DNA of 64,000 nt from NCBI RefSeq assembly GCF_009914755.1, contig NC_060935.1; one strand, given 5' to 3'. A program made the position numbers and the translations under genes. The stretch is from the human T2T-CHM13v2.0 reference genome, Homo sapiens. Shown piece by piece: positions 50,313 to 64,000 of this stretch. The notes beneath the pieces are model-generated. The model did no database searches. It had not been told where the DNA came from and was given only the letters and a program-made list of their open reading frames with translations. The number at the start of each line of letters is the position of its first letter. The first letter of the stretch is position 1.

Positions 50313-53300
50313 TTAATTATTCTGCATTTGGATATCCAGTTTTCACAGCACCATTTATTGAAGAGATTGTCTTTTCCTTATTGTGTGTTTATGGCATTTT
50401 TGTCAAAATCAATTGGACTGTAAATGTGTGGATTTATTTCTGGGCTCTCTATTCTGTTCCATTGGTCCATATGTCTGTCTTTATGTGCCAGTACCATGCT
50501 ATTTTGATGACTACAAATTAGTAGTAGATTTTGAAATCACATAGTGTGTTGCTCCCAGTGTTATTCATAATTACTTAGGTCTTCTGGGTCTTTTGAAGTT
50601 GTATATGAATTTTAAGATTTCTTTCTGTGTTTGTGAAAAATGTCATTAGACTTTTGATAGGGATTTAATTGAACCTGTAGATTGATTTTGACACTATGAA
50701 CATTTTAACAATGTTAATTCTTCCAGTCCATGAACATGGGACATATTTCCATTTATTAATGTCTTCTTCAATTTATTTTACCAATGTTTTATAATTTTCC
50801 ATGTGCACATCTTCCAACTTTTTGGTTAAATTTATTCCAATTATTATCTTTTTCATAGTGATTCTAAACAGAATTGTTTTCCTGAGTTTTTGGGATAGTT
50901 TATTGTTAATGTATAGAAATACTACTAACTTTTGAATGGTAATTTTGGATATTACAACTTTACTAAATTTGTTTATTAGTTCTAACAGCTTTTTTAGGGG
51001 GAGAGACTTTAGGATTTCTGTATCACACATCTGTAAACAGAGAAAATTTAATTTCTTCCTTTCTACTTTTGATGACTTGTACTTCATTTTATTGCTTAAT
51101 TACTTAGGGTAAGAGTTCCAGTATGATGTTGAATAGAAGTGGTGAGAGTAGAAATTCTTGTCTTATTCCCAATCTTAGAGGAAAAGCTTTCAACTTTTTG
51201 CCATTGAATCTGATGTTAGTTGTGGGCTTGTCACATATGGTCTTTATTGTGTTGAGAATTACATTCTTTCTGTAATTAATTTGTTGAGAGTTTTTATCAT
51301 AAAATGATGTTGAATTTTGTCAGTTTTTCTTCATCCATTGAGATGATAATATAGTTTTGGTCCTCAATTCTCTTAATGTAGTATTTGCATATATTGAACC
51401 ATCCTTGTATCTCAGAGATAAATCCCACTTGATCAAAGCAGATTATCCTTTTAATGTGTTGTTGAATTTGGTTTGCTAGGATTTTATTAAGGAATTTTGC
51501 ATCTATGTTCATAAGGGATATTGGCCTGTAGTCTTCTTTTCTATTAGTTTCCTAGGGTGGCTTTGGTATTAGGGTAATGTTGTCCTCATAAAATGAGTTT
51601 GGAAATATTCCCTCCTCTTCATTTTGTTTTGGAAGAGTTTGAGAAGGATTGGCATTAGTTCTTTAAATGTTTGGTAGAGTTTAGTAGTAATCCGTTCCTG
51701 GGATTTTCTTTGATGGAAAACTTTTATTATTTGTTCATTCTCTTTGTTCATTATTGGTTTGGTCATATATTCTATTTCTTCATAATTCAGTCTTGTTAGA
51801 TTGTATGTGGCCAGGAATTTATCTGTTTCTTTTGGGTTATTCAATTTGTAAGTCTATAATTGTTCATAGTAGTCTTTTGTGATTCTTCATATTTCTGTGG
51901 TATGAGTTGTAATGTCTCTTCTTTCATTTCTCATTTTATTTATAAGTCTTCTCTCTTTTTTATTTGATTTTTAATGTATTTTCAATATCTGTGTTAAATT
52001 TCTCATTTTGGTTTTTTACTATGTTCCTGATTTTTTAAAAATGATTTCTCTGTATTTTCCTTTACTTCATGAAGCTTTAAAAGCAATTATGTTGAATTAT
52101 TTTTCAGCCTGTTTACATACCTCCATTTCTTTGGGGTCAGCAACTTGGAAATTATTGTGTTCTTTTGGTGGTATGATTTCTTGGTGTTTCATTGTTTCTT
52201 GTTACCCTCTTATTGATGTCTGCACATTTGGTGGAGTAGTCATCTCTTGCAAATTTCATTGGCTAATTTCAGTGTGGAAAGATTTTCTCTTATGGGGCAT
52301 GATGGTGCTTTGCAATCCTTGTGGCCCAGACTGACACAAGCATATAATGGGATGGACTGAGTGGGTGGGATGGATTGGTTTTGGCACCAGTGGGATGTGG
52401 CTTTATAGTCTTTGTGTGGCCCTGTTAGCTGACGTCAATGTTGACCCAGATTTGAGGGATCCTCAGTGGCCAAATTCTTGGATGTTTGCAGTGACAGCAA
52501 GGGTTTTCAGGCTCGTTGCTGGTAGTGGCTGCTAAGGTCTTCCTTATTTAATTTTCTCCCACTGGGGAAGTTGTGGCTTAGGGAACCATTTGACATGGTT
52601 CTGGTATGTGTGCTTCCTCTTGATGTTGGTGGCACAGGTGTATTTTGGGTGGCACCTATTGTGCAGCCATGTAACTGAGGCTTGGGTCATGGGCACACCT
52701 GAAGGAACTATGGTTCTGGGATCTGGAATGATAATGACACTGGTGCTTAGGGTGAAGACACTCCTGCCACCACATAGGTAACAGTGCTAGAGGTGTGAAT
52801 GCTTTGAAGCAGCCAGGGAGCCAAGAATGGGAGCATAGATATATGTAGAGTTACAATGGCTCTGGAGTTGGGGTAGGGACTAACTTTCTGTGGAGGGTGA
52901 ACTGGTGCCCAAAGTGTGGGCATGCCCAGAGAGACCTTGACTCCAGGGCCCAGAGCTTGCTCTAGTGATGGCCCAGTGTCTGATACATGGGTGGGTGCAG
53001 TGCAGTCCCAGACCCTGGGTCTGAGTGTGAGCTCTCAAGGGGCAGCTGCAGTTTGGGGTTTGCATGGTGTTGGGGAGGTGGCAGCTCCTTTTCCAAAGTA
53101 GCTCAATAGCATCTGCTTCTTGCAGGTGGAGGCAGTACAGTTGTGTCTCCCTCTCTAGGGTTTCCTGGTGGGAATGGCTCTTGGTTATCTCAGTGGCATA
53201 AATGCTAGCGTTCTCTGCAAAGCAGGGATCATGATGACTACCACCACATGGCTGATACTAATTGCCTCAACCTTTCCTGTTTGTTCCTAACCATCTCCTG

Positions 53301-53455
53301 GCATCTCAAGTATGCAGATATCACTAGAAATCCTTCGTGTGCGGCTATTCTCCATGTTTTTGCTCCTCTGTATTGCTGCAGATTCTTTAATGGGCCCTTG
53401 AACCCTCGCAGAGCTATTTTGGTTTGTGGATAGCTGTCTCTCTCTCGCTCTAGAG

Positions 53456-53672
53456 ATATATATATAAGATATACATATTTATATATTATATATTTAAGAT
53501 ATATATATTTATATATTATAGATTTATATATATTATTATATATAATATAAATTATATATTATATATATAATATATATTATAATATATATTATATATTATA
53601 TATATAATATATATTATTATATATAATATATAATTTATATATATATAATAATATATTATATATATTATATAT
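53456..53672. repeat. (TA)n-rich low-complexity tract
   Basis: ~215 bp almost exclusively A/T. Confidence 0.95.
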
Positions 53673-53740
53673 GTATTTTTTGTGATGGGGATGAAGGCTA
53701 GTATCTTTCTTACTCCATAATCTTGGTGGTATCTCAGAAA

Positions 53741-53774
53741 ACTTTCTTATGTCTCATAATTTATGTCTTTGCAG
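53741..53774 (+). promoter_or_regulatory. Candidate splice acceptor of the OR4S1 coding exon
   Basis: actttcttatgtctcataatttatgtctttgCAG ending 53774, 41 nt before the ATG. Confidence 0.55.
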
Positions 53775-53815
53775 AGCCAGCCAGCCACTTTGTCGGTCAT
53801 CAGGGCAGATAATCC

Positions 53816-54745
53816 ATGGGTGCCAAGAACAATGTGACTGAGTTTGTTTTATTTGGCCTTTTTGAGAGCAGAGAGATGCAGCATACATGCTTTGTGGTAT
53901 TCTTCCTCTTTCATGTGCTCACTGTCCTGGGGAACCTTCTGGTCATCATCACCATCAATGCTAGAAAGACCCTGAAGTCTCCCATGTATTTCTTCCTGAG
54001 CCAGTTGTCTTTTGCTGACATATGTTATCCATCCACTACCATACCCAAGATGATTGCTGACACTTTTGTGGAGCATAAGATCATCTCCTTCAATGGCTGC
54101 ATGACCCAGCTCTTTTCTGCCCACTTCTTTGGTGGCACTGAGATCTTCCTCCTTACAGCCATGGCCTATGACCGCTATGTGGCCATCTGTAGGCCCCTGC
54201 ACTACACAGCCATCATGGATTGCCGGAAGTGTGGCCTGCTAGCGGGGGCCTCCTGGTTAGCTGGCTTCCTGCATTCCATCCTGCAGACCCTCCTCACGGT
54301 TCAGCTGCCTTTTTGTGGGCCCAATGAGATAGACAACTTCTTCTGTGATGTTCATCCCCTGCTCAAGTTGGCCTGTGCAGACACCTACATGGTAGGTCTC
54401 ATCGTGGTGGCCAACAGCGGTATGATTTCTTTAGCATCCTTTTTTATCCTTATCATTTCCTATGTTATCATCTTACTGAACCTAAGAAGCCAGTCATCTG
54501 AGGACCGGCGTAAGGCTGTCTCCACATGTGGCTCACACGTAATCACTGTCCTTTTGGTTCTCATGCCCCCCATGTTCATGTACATTCGTCCCTCCACCAC
54601 CCTGGCTGCTGACAAACTTATCATCCTCTTTAACATTGTGATGCCACCTTTGCTGAACCCTTTGATCTATACACTAAGGAACAACGATGTGAAAAATGCC
54701 ATGAGGAAGCTGTTTAGGGTCAAGAGGAGCTTAGGGGAGAAGTGA
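53816..54745 (+). CDS. OR4S1: Olfactory receptor family 4, OR4S1, intact 309 aa 7TM GPCR
   Basis: NVT glycosylation site, [54 protein letters not shown]; good Kozak tccATGG; protein recognised as OR4S1. Confidence 0.95.
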
Positions 54746-54944
54746 CATTCCAGAGAATCTCAATCCAGCTAGGAAATTGGGAGACTTTCCATCTTGTAGC
54801 ATCTAACACAGCCTTTTTATTTCCAGTCTGATGTTTGCAATGGCAATTATCCTCCTAGTTCTTGTTGTTATAATAATTCCACATATTCTTTCAATCCTTT
54901 ATTCATTAAATATTTATTGGATGTTTACAGTGAGTGAGAATACA

Positions 54945-54950
54945 AATAAA
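54945..54950 (+). terminator. Candidate polyadenylation signal for OR4S1
   Basis: First AATAAA ~200 nt after the stop; others follow near 55090 and 55212. Confidence 0.3.
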
Positions 54951-56369
54951 AGTAAGATATAATCTTTCCCTCAAGGAGAGTACAGTCCAGGATGCTTTTA
55001 GTGCGATATTTAAGAGCTCATTCAGGAAACGTGTGAGGGCCTGTGAATGAGGGAGTGTCTTGGAAGTCCAGATATCTCATTGATAAATGAATAAAATCAC
55101 TACATAATTCCTTTGTGTTGGCTAACACAGTGCTCAATGGAATTCATTCTTTTCTTTTAAGAGTAAAGAGCCACTTTACTCTTACCCTTTCATGCTCTCA
55201 GCAGGCAGATAAATAAATAAATAAGTAAATAAATAATGTGGAGAGGTCAAGGGATTTACTAAAAGTTACACTTTAACTCCAGAGCAGGGTGAGGACTAGA
55301 ACACAGGTCCCTAAGTCAGCTTTCAGAGCTTTTCCTCAGGACCTCTTGATAAAGTGTGACTAAATGGACACCAAGCAGGAATGACCAAGAACTTTTGAAA
55401 GACCAGGAATGATGGTGATGATGACTTGGGATGATGAAGAGAACAACCAGGAAGAACAAGTTGTCAGCACTTCTTTCAGTGGTGCTGATTCCTCTCTCCA
55501 GCAGAACAGCTGACTGCTGCCCTCTTTAACCCCTGTTGCTTTGCTCCATTTTGCCGCTAGAGGGAGCCAAGTTTGTACAGAATGCAATTAAACGAGCCGG
55601 ATTAGGTATCTCTTAAACATTCGTGGGTCATGTAACCTCATTGGGCCTCAATTTCCACATTTACAGAAGGAGATATTGACAATACCAGCTTCAGAAGGCT
55701 GTGAGAGGACCTATAAGACTTTGTAAAGACCTAAATCAAAGTCTGTTGTTCAATGGTGGCTGCTAGCTGTTTTAACATAATATCTTCGATTCCCCTTTCT
55801 CTTCCTATTCACCCCTCTATCCTTTCCCTCAAAGCCCTTGTAACCAAACTATCTGATTATTTCATTTACTCCAAAAATGTTTATTGAACACTTAGCATTT
55901 GCTGGGTGATATTCCTGGGGCTAGAAGTACAGCACAAAAGAAAGCAGGCAAAACTCTTTGTTCTCATGGAGTTTATATTTCAGTGTGTGGTAAAAGCTGA
56001 CCCTTACTGAATTCTTCCAATCTGCAGACACTCTTCTAAATATTTTAATTGTATTAACTTTTTTGATCCTTTCAACAACTTCATGAATGAGATATAATCA
56101 TCAGGAATGTGATGAGAGTTGGGTGAGAGTGGTGGTAGTAAAGAAGACTCATTAGTACCATCTGATGCTGAACAAACACAAATGCAAACGTTGATCTTGA
56201 TTATGAAAAAATAGTAGCAATAAAATAGCAGTTGACACCTTGAAAGCATAATATTCTCAGAAGTTTTCATACACCAGCTTAATCTGTGTTGGATAAATAA
56301 TCCCCTTATAAAACTCCTTGGAACAATGTGGGAGCATGCATGAATGGTTATTCAGGTTTAAAGGTAAGT

Positions 56370-56694
<325 letters not shown>

Positions 56695-56866
56695 CTATGT
56701 ACATAGGCCACACACAGACTTCTGATTGCTAGTTTAGTGCTCTTTCACTACTGCTTTCATACAGTATTTTAAAGTAGAGTGATAGTGGTATGTATGTCTT
56801 ACATATATATTCAGGCATGCATGTATGTATATATATATATTCATGAAGATGAAGACAGGTATATAA

Positions 56867-57108
56867 GGCGCAATCTCAGCTCACTGCAACCTCCACCTCC
56901 CAGGCTCAAGTAATTCTCATGCCTCAGCCTCGCTAGTAGCTGGGACTGCAGCACATGCCACGAACGTCCTGCTAATTTTTGTATTTTTAGTAGAGACGGG
57001 GTTTCACCATGTTGGCCAGGCTGTTTCTGAACTCCTGACCTCAAGTGATCTGCCTGCCTCGGCCTCCCAAAATGGTGGTATTACAGGCGTGAACCACCAT
57101 GCCTGGCC
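56867..57108 (-). mobile_element. AluS lacking its 3' end and tail
   Basis: Reverse-complement Alu beginning at gcgcaatctcagctcactgcaac. Confidence 0.9.
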
Positions 57109-58309
57109 CCTACTCTTTTCTTTGAGGAAATTGAAGCACTTACATCATGGATTTGTCAGATCAGAGGTGACTGGAAAGCAATCACTCAGGAATCCCACTC
57201 TTTGCCTAGACTTCTATTTACAGAAGATTGACCAACTCAGGAGCCATTTTAAGGTGTGAAATCATAGGTGTGCTTGATATGGCAGATGTTTCTTTCTGCT
57301 TCATGCTGGGTTGAGGGAAGAGGGGGAAATTGGGTTGGAGGAAGTAGATCATGTACTTCAGGGGAAAAAAGTCATCTGAGTTTCAGCTACAAGTGAGAAG
57401 ACTGGATAAGTACTACAGGAGGAGCTGCATAAGGTATGAGAACTTGGCATTAAGAGAAGAGACTGCTGTATGATACAGTGGAAATTACACTAGATGGAAA
57501 GTCAGGAAACAGGGTTCCAGTTGCAGAGCCATCCCCACCTCCATCCAAGTTCTCAGGGCTCCCATTTCCTGATGTATACAATTAAGGAGATTGGTTCGAA
57601 TCTCTAAGGACCTTCAGCTCAGATATCCTATGATTCCATTTTGTTCAGGAATATAGACTACATGAAATCTGGGTCAATCTTATTTTTTTCTCATTTTATT
57701 CACATATTTCCTTAGAATTATTTTTAGGTGATTTTATAAAAAGAAAATATTGCATACAGTTCCCATAGATTTATGGACTTGACATAATTATCACAAGAGG
57801 GAAAAATATCAAATTAAGAAGATTTAATTGTGTTTTTCACTACTCTTCCTCTCTAAGAGACAACTCCATTTTAATGTTCCTACTACAGGTATTCTGAAAG
57901 TTACTAGTAGATGAAGCTCATTGACTGGTCACTCAGCTACTCTGTCAGTACATTTACCCTTCAGTACTGAGTTTTCCGGGAGGACTTCTTAGTTATAAAT
58001 ACAAACAAGATGTAATTGTTATTATAAATTTACTTATTCTGCTGTGGTTGGAGAGAGAGCAGAGAAAGAATGTGGTGGTAGGTATGGTATTGGGAAGGGA
58101 CTATGAACTTCTCCTTCTTGGAAGGTGAAAGTGTCCACAGTGAAGGCAGAAAAGGAAGGTAGGCTAGAGGTGAGAAGGTGCCCCATGGCTGATTTCTTTC
58201 ATAAAAGATTGGAAAATATTATTACTTAAACATATTTGATACAAATAATGTATGTATTATTTAATATATGTAATATGTAATACATAATAAAATTATATAT
58301 TAATGTTAT

Positions 58310-58980
58310 AAAGCATAATTAATAATCATCTATGAACTTGTTATCAACTTAAGAACAATCCTAATAGCTTGTGTCATATGTGTCTTCTCTATTCTATTTC
58401 TTTGCCTTCACAGTGATAACCAATATTCTCGTTTGGTTGATGACTTCCTTACTTTATGAAAATAGATTTAACATATGTGTATATACACCTAACCAATATG
58501 TTGTTTAATTTTTCTTATTTTTAATTTTATAAAAATAGTGTTACACATTTGTAGTCTTCTGACTTGCTTTTTTCGCTTAACATAGTATTTCAAAAATTCA
58601 TCCTTGTTGTTGAATGTAATTGTATTTCATCGTTTTTACTATTGCACAAGATGTCATTGGGTGAATATGCCATAATTATTTTACTATTCTTTTTAAAATA
58701 TACCTTGGTTGTTTCCATATTTCTCAGCTATCTGAGTGCTGTTATGAACATTCTTGTATGTGTGGAAAAGTTTTCCTGGGGCATATACCTAGGGATTGAA
58801 TTGCTATGTTGAAGGGTATGCAAATGTTTCAACTTTACCGAAAAAATGTCAATTTGCTTTTGAAAGTGGTCGTACCAATATTCACTCCCTACAGCAATGT
58901 ATAAGAGATTCTGATGATGTACATTCTTGCCAACACATGGCATGGTCAAAACACTTTAACAGTTTTGCCAATCTTGAGGG
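58310..58980 (-). mobile_element. Old L1M 3' fragment
   Basis: gtagtcttctgacttgcttttttcgcttaacat, catatacctagggattgaattgct. Confidence 0.7.
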
Positions 58981-58998
58981 TACTCATAGTATACCCTA

Positions 58999-59262
58999 TG
59001 TCTTAGTCCCCTTTGGTTGCTATAAGAAAAATGTTATACACTGGGTGGCTCAAACAACAAACAGTTACTTCTCACAGTTCTAGAGACTCCAAATTAAGTC
59101 CCAGATTCAAGCACTGGCAGCTTTGATATCTGGTGAGCTGGGGACCTGCTTCCTGGTTTATAGATGGCCGTCTTCTTTCTGTGTCCTCACATGGTGGTAG
59201 GGGTGAGGGTGCTCTCTACAGTCTTTTTTAAAGGAGGATTAATCCCATTTATGACAGCTCCA
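58999..59262. mobile_element. MaLR LTR fragment (MLT1A-like)
   Basis: tgtcttagtcc...ttctcacagttctagag...gatggccgtcttctttctgtgtcctcacatgg. Confidence 0.8.
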
Positions 59263-59986
59263 TAAAAAGAAAGATATTTTTTAAACAAGCACAAAAAGCA
59301 CTAACAATGGAAAATTTAAAACTAACTACATTGAAAATAAAAGTGTTTAGCACAGAATAAAATGAAAAGATAAGCCACAAGTTAATCTTATAACTGATAC
59401 GTAACTGACAAAGGATTAGTCCAAATATACACAAAACTCTTAGAAATCTATTTTTTAATTCAAATAAATCAATAGAATAATAGGCAAAAGATATGATAGG
59501 CAATTTACAGAAAAGGAAGCACATATGAGAAGATGCATATGAGTTATCTCATAAAATACAAGTAATGGGATACCTTTGATTTGGTTAGGTGTTACTAGGC
59601 AAAAAGTCTTTTGAAAATCTAAAGGCATAGATTTCTGTGGAAGTAACTTATTAAAGAAATGTTCTTAGGATAAACTGGAAAGGGGATACTGGAAGCAAGA
59701 CAGAGTAGTGGAGAAATCTAAACAAGGATGCAGTTTCAAGTAATTTTCAGCACAGGATCACTTTAGCCTTATCTTGCAGGGAAATGCTGGAGTGTAAATG
59801 ATGCCAAGAGTTGTTTTGATTTGAGTTAAGGATGTAGCTTTCATATGCCCACACCATTCAGACGTTATTTAAGGGCTTCTCTGGGGCTGGAGTGGGGCGA
59901 AAGTCCCAGGTACTTTTGTTTGTCCATTAATATGGGGAAAATGGACTCCAGTGGCCCAAAGGCAGCAGGTGGTAGCTGTTGAAAAT

Positions 59987-60352
59987 TGTTATGGTTTGAA
60001 TATCCCCATCTACAACTCATATTGAAATTTAATTGCTATTGCAACAGTACTAAAATGTGGGGCCTGTAAGAGGTGATTGGGGGATTAGGTCTATTTAAGA
60101 ATGGATTAATGTCCTTATCCCAGGAGTGGGTTAGTTATTCCAGGAGTGGGCTACTGATAAGAAAGATGAATTTGGCCAAATTTCCTCTCTCCGTCTTGCA
60201 TCCTTCCTCACCATGTAATGCATTCTGTCACGTCTTCATGTCTGACATGTCTGAAGACATGTCATCATGTCTTCAGATGCTGGCACTATGCTTTTGGACT
60301 TCTCAGCCTCCAGAACTATGAGTCAAAAAAACTTCTATTGCTTATAAATTAC
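59987..60352 (+). mobile_element. MaLR LTR (MST-like), 3' tip missing
   Basis: tgttatggtttgaatatcccc...ttggacttctcagcctccagaactatgag...cttataaattac. Confidence 0.8.
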
Positions 60353-61738
60353 ATGGTCTGCAATGGAGAAAAATAGAGAACCCAGAAATAAGACTGCACT
60401 GCTGCAACCATCTGATCTTTGACAAACCTGACAAAAACAAGCATTGGGAAAGGATTCCCTATTTAATAAGTGGTGCTGGGAGAACTGGCTAGCCATATGC
60501 AGAAAATTGAAACTGGACCCTTCCCTTACACCACATACAAAAATTAACTCAAGGTGGATTAGAGTCTTAAATATAAAACTCCAAACTATAAAAACTCTAG
60601 AAGAAAATCTAGGCAATACCATTCAGGACATAGGCATGGGCAAAGACTTTATGATGAAAACACAAAAAGCAATTGCAACAAAGACAAAAATTGACAATTG
60701 GGATCTAATTAAATTAAAGAGCCTCTGCAGAGCAAAAGAAACTGTCATTAGAGTGAACAGACAACCTACAGAATGGGAGAACAGTTTTGCAATCTCTCCA
60801 TCTGACAAAGGTCTAATATCCAAAGTCTGTAAGGAACTTAAACAAATTTACAAGAAAAAAACAAACAAACAACCCCATTAAAAAGTGGGCAAAGGCCATG
60901 AACAGACACTTCTCAAAAAAATAAATTTATGTGGCTAACAAACATATGAAAAAAAGCTCTACATTACTGATCATTAGAGAAATTCCAATCAAAATCACAA
61001 GGAGATACCATTTCATGCCAGTCAGAATGGCTATGATTAAAAAGTCAAAAAACAACAGATGCTGGTGAGGTTGCAGAGAAAAAGGAATGCTTTTACACTG
61101 TTGGTGGGAGTGTAAATTAGTTCAACTACTGTGGAAGACAGGGTGGTGATTCCTCAAAGCTCTAGAGGCAGAAATACCATTTGACCCAAAAATCCCGTTA
61201 CTGGCTAAATACCCAGAGGAATATTAATCATTCTATTATAAGGGTATATGTACACTTATGTTCACTGCAGCACAATTCATAATAGCAAAGACACGGACTC
61301 AACATAAATGTTTATCAATGATAGACTGGATAAAGAAAATATGGTATATATACACCATGGAATACTATGCAGCCATGAAAAGGAACAAGATCATGCCCTT
61401 TGCAGGCACATGAATGGAGCTGGAAGCTGTTATCCTCAGCAAACTAACACAGGAACAGAAAACCAAACACTGCATGTTCTCACTTATAAGTGGGAACTGG
61501 ATGATAAGAACACATGGACACATAGTGGTGGGGGAACAACACATGCTGGGGCCTGTTGGGGGTGGGGCTGGTGGGAGGGAGAGCATCAGGAAGAATAGCT
61601 AATGGATGCTGGGCTCAACACCTGGGTAATGGATTGATCTGGGCAGCAAGCCACCATGGCACATGTTTACCTATGTAATGAACCTGCACATCCTGGACAT
61701 GTACCCCAGGACTTAAAATAAAAATTTAAGAAAAAAAT
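60353..61738 (+). mobile_element. 5'-truncated older L1PA 3' fragment
   Basis: ORF 60444..60881 ORF2-like; 3'UTR and short A tail. Confidence 0.92.
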
Positions 61739-61739
61739 A

Positions 61740-64000
61740 TATCATGCCAGTCTCTTCTGGCCTGTAAATTTTCCACTGAAAAGTATGCTGCCAGGTGTAT
61801 TAGAGCTCTATTGTATGTTATCTGTTTTTTGTTTCTTGCTGCTTTAAGTATCTTTTCTTTATTCTTGACCTTCGGGAGCTTGATTTAAGATGACTTGTGG
61901 TAGTTTTTAGGATAAATCTGCTTGGTGTTCTATAACCTTCTTGCACTTAGATATTGATCTCTTTCTCTAGGTTTCGGAAGTTCTCTATTATTATCCCTTC
62001 GAGTAAAGTTCCTACCCCTGTCTCCTTCTCTACCTCCTCTTTAAGGCAAATGATTCTTAGATTTGCCCTTTTCAGGCTATTTTCTAGATCCTGAAGTTGT
62101 GCTTCATTATTTTTTATCCCTTTTTCTTTTGTCTCCCCGACTATATTTTCAGATAGTCTCTCTTTAAGCTCCACAATTCTTTCTTCTCCTTGATCAGTCC
62201 TGCTATTAGAAGACTCTGATGCATTCTTCAGTATGCCAATTGCGTTTTTCCACTCTAGAATTTCTACTTGATTCTTTTTAATTACTTCAATCTCTTTGCT
62301 AAACTTACTTGATAGAACTCTGAATTCTTTTTCTGTTTTATATTGAATTTCCTCGAATTCATCCACATAGCTAATATGAAGTCTCTGTATAAAGGGTCGT
62401 GTATCTCTGTTTCTCCAGGTTTGGTCCCTGGTGCCTTATTTAGTTCATTTGGTGAGGTCATATTTTCCTGGAGTCCCTTGATGCTTGTAGATATTTGTCT
62501 ATGTCTAGGCACTGAAGAGTTAAATATTTATTGTAGTCTTGTGGGTCTGGATTTGTTTGTACTCATCTTTCTTGGGAAGGCTTTCCAGATATTCACAAGG
62601 ACTTGGGTGTTGTGATCTAAACTGTACCTGCTTTACAGGGTACCAAAGCCCAGTAATCCTCTGTTTCTTGAGGACTTGTTGAGGTACCACCTTGATGGTT
62701 TTGAACAAGATCCAGAGGAATTCTCTGGATTACTAGGCGGAGACTCTTGTTTTCTTCCCATACTTTCTCCCAGATGAAGAAGTCTCTTTCTGCTCCAAGC
62801 CAGCTGGAGCTGCGGGTGGAATGACACAAACCCTGCTATTGCCACCACTTGTGGGACTGTGCTGAGTCAGACTGGAAGCCAGCACAACACTGGGTCTTGC
62901 CCAAGGCATGCTATAACCACTCCCTGGCTACCACTTTTGTTTGCTGAAAGCCATGGGGCTCTATAATCAGCAGGTGGCAAAGCCAGCTGGGCTTATGTCC
63001 TTTCCTTCAGGGTAGTGAGTTCCCTCAGGCCCTGGGCAGGTGCACAGGTGCTGTCCAGGAGCCAGAGACAAGAGTCAAAAATCTTAGAAGTCCACTTGGT
63101 GTTCTATTATGCTGTGGCTGACGTGACACTCAAACCATAAGATGCAGTCCTTCCACTCTTCCCTTTCCTTTCCAAAGGTAGAAGAGTCTCACCCCATGAC
63201 CTCCAACACCTCTGGCCCACAGGGAGTATAGCCAGACTGCTGCCAATGTTCCCTTAAAGCCCAAGGGCTCTTCAGTCAACTTGTGGTGAATGCTGCCTGG
63301 CCTGGGACTCACCCTTCAGAGAGGGGGCTCCCCTATGGCCCAGGGTCTTGTCCTGTAGCCACCACTTTAGGAATATGCTGAGTCTCACTTGAGACCAGCT
63401 AGTCTCAGTGTCTCAGCCAAGGCCCTTGATGTACTACCTTTGTATTACTGATAGTTATTCAGGGCCCAAGGGCTCTTCAGTTAGCAGGTGATGAACACTA
63501 TAAGGATTGGGTCATTCCTTTCAAGGCAGCAGGTTTTCTTCTGACCAAGAGTATGTCTAGAAATGTCCAAGGGCTAGGCCTGGAAAGGGCCCTCATGCCT
63601 CTGACTGGTTCCCTATCCTGCTTGGCTGAGCTGGTATCCAAGATGCAAAACAAAATCATTCCCACTCTTCCATCTCTTTTCAGCTGGTAGGAAGAGATCT
63701 CTTTTGGAGCCTCAAGCTGTGCAGCCTGGAGTTATGGGAGGAGTGATGCCAGCACTCTCAGAGCCACCCTGGCTAGTGTCTCAGTAGGTCATATGACCCC
63801 CCAAGCCCACTGTCTCTGGACTCAGTTCAGCACTGGGACTCACTTAAATGTTGCAGTCCTTGTGGCTAGTCAGCCTTTCCAGTTTATTTGGAGCCCCAGA
63901 ACAATTTAGCCCATAGTGGTTAGGCTTGTGGGAACTCAAGTTCCAACCACCAGGATTGGCAACTCCCCTCTGGCTAGGGCTGGTTTAAATGCACCCTCCA
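61740..64000 (-). mobile_element. L1MA-like ORF1 and 5'UTR
   Basis: ORF 61947..62366 resembles ORF1p coiled coil/RRM start (LKRANLRII); homologous to 47670-48715. Confidence 0.85.

Overview
Primate, almost certainly human, genomic DNA from the chromosome 11p11 family-4 olfactory receptor cluster. Two single-coding-exon OR genes lie on the + strand. OR4X1 (11351-12265) is a null-looking allele: TAA at codon 272 just before TM7, plus a one-codon deletion. OR4S1 (53816-54745) is intact. The rest is mostly interspersed repeats: many L1 generations (including a ~32 kb nested L1/ERV stack ending just upstream of the OR4S1 coding exon), Alus, MIR/L2, a MER41-type solo LTR with two intact GAS motifs, a MER4-type ERV remnant, MaLR LTRs and a piggyBac MITE. 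I see no new protein-coding system; other long ORFs are L1 remnants, Alu read-through or antisense shadows. The most unusual signal is repeated local DNA-to-DNA copying. Four apparently independent L1PA copies share non-consensus and even inactivating mutations, including a 677-bp perfectly identical inverted tract flanked by diverged sequence. Several short segments (about 40-250 bp) have also been copied to ectopic sites 0.5-4 kb away. Repeat subfamily names and consensus comparisons are from memory and boundaries are approximate; all pairwise comparisons were done by eye.
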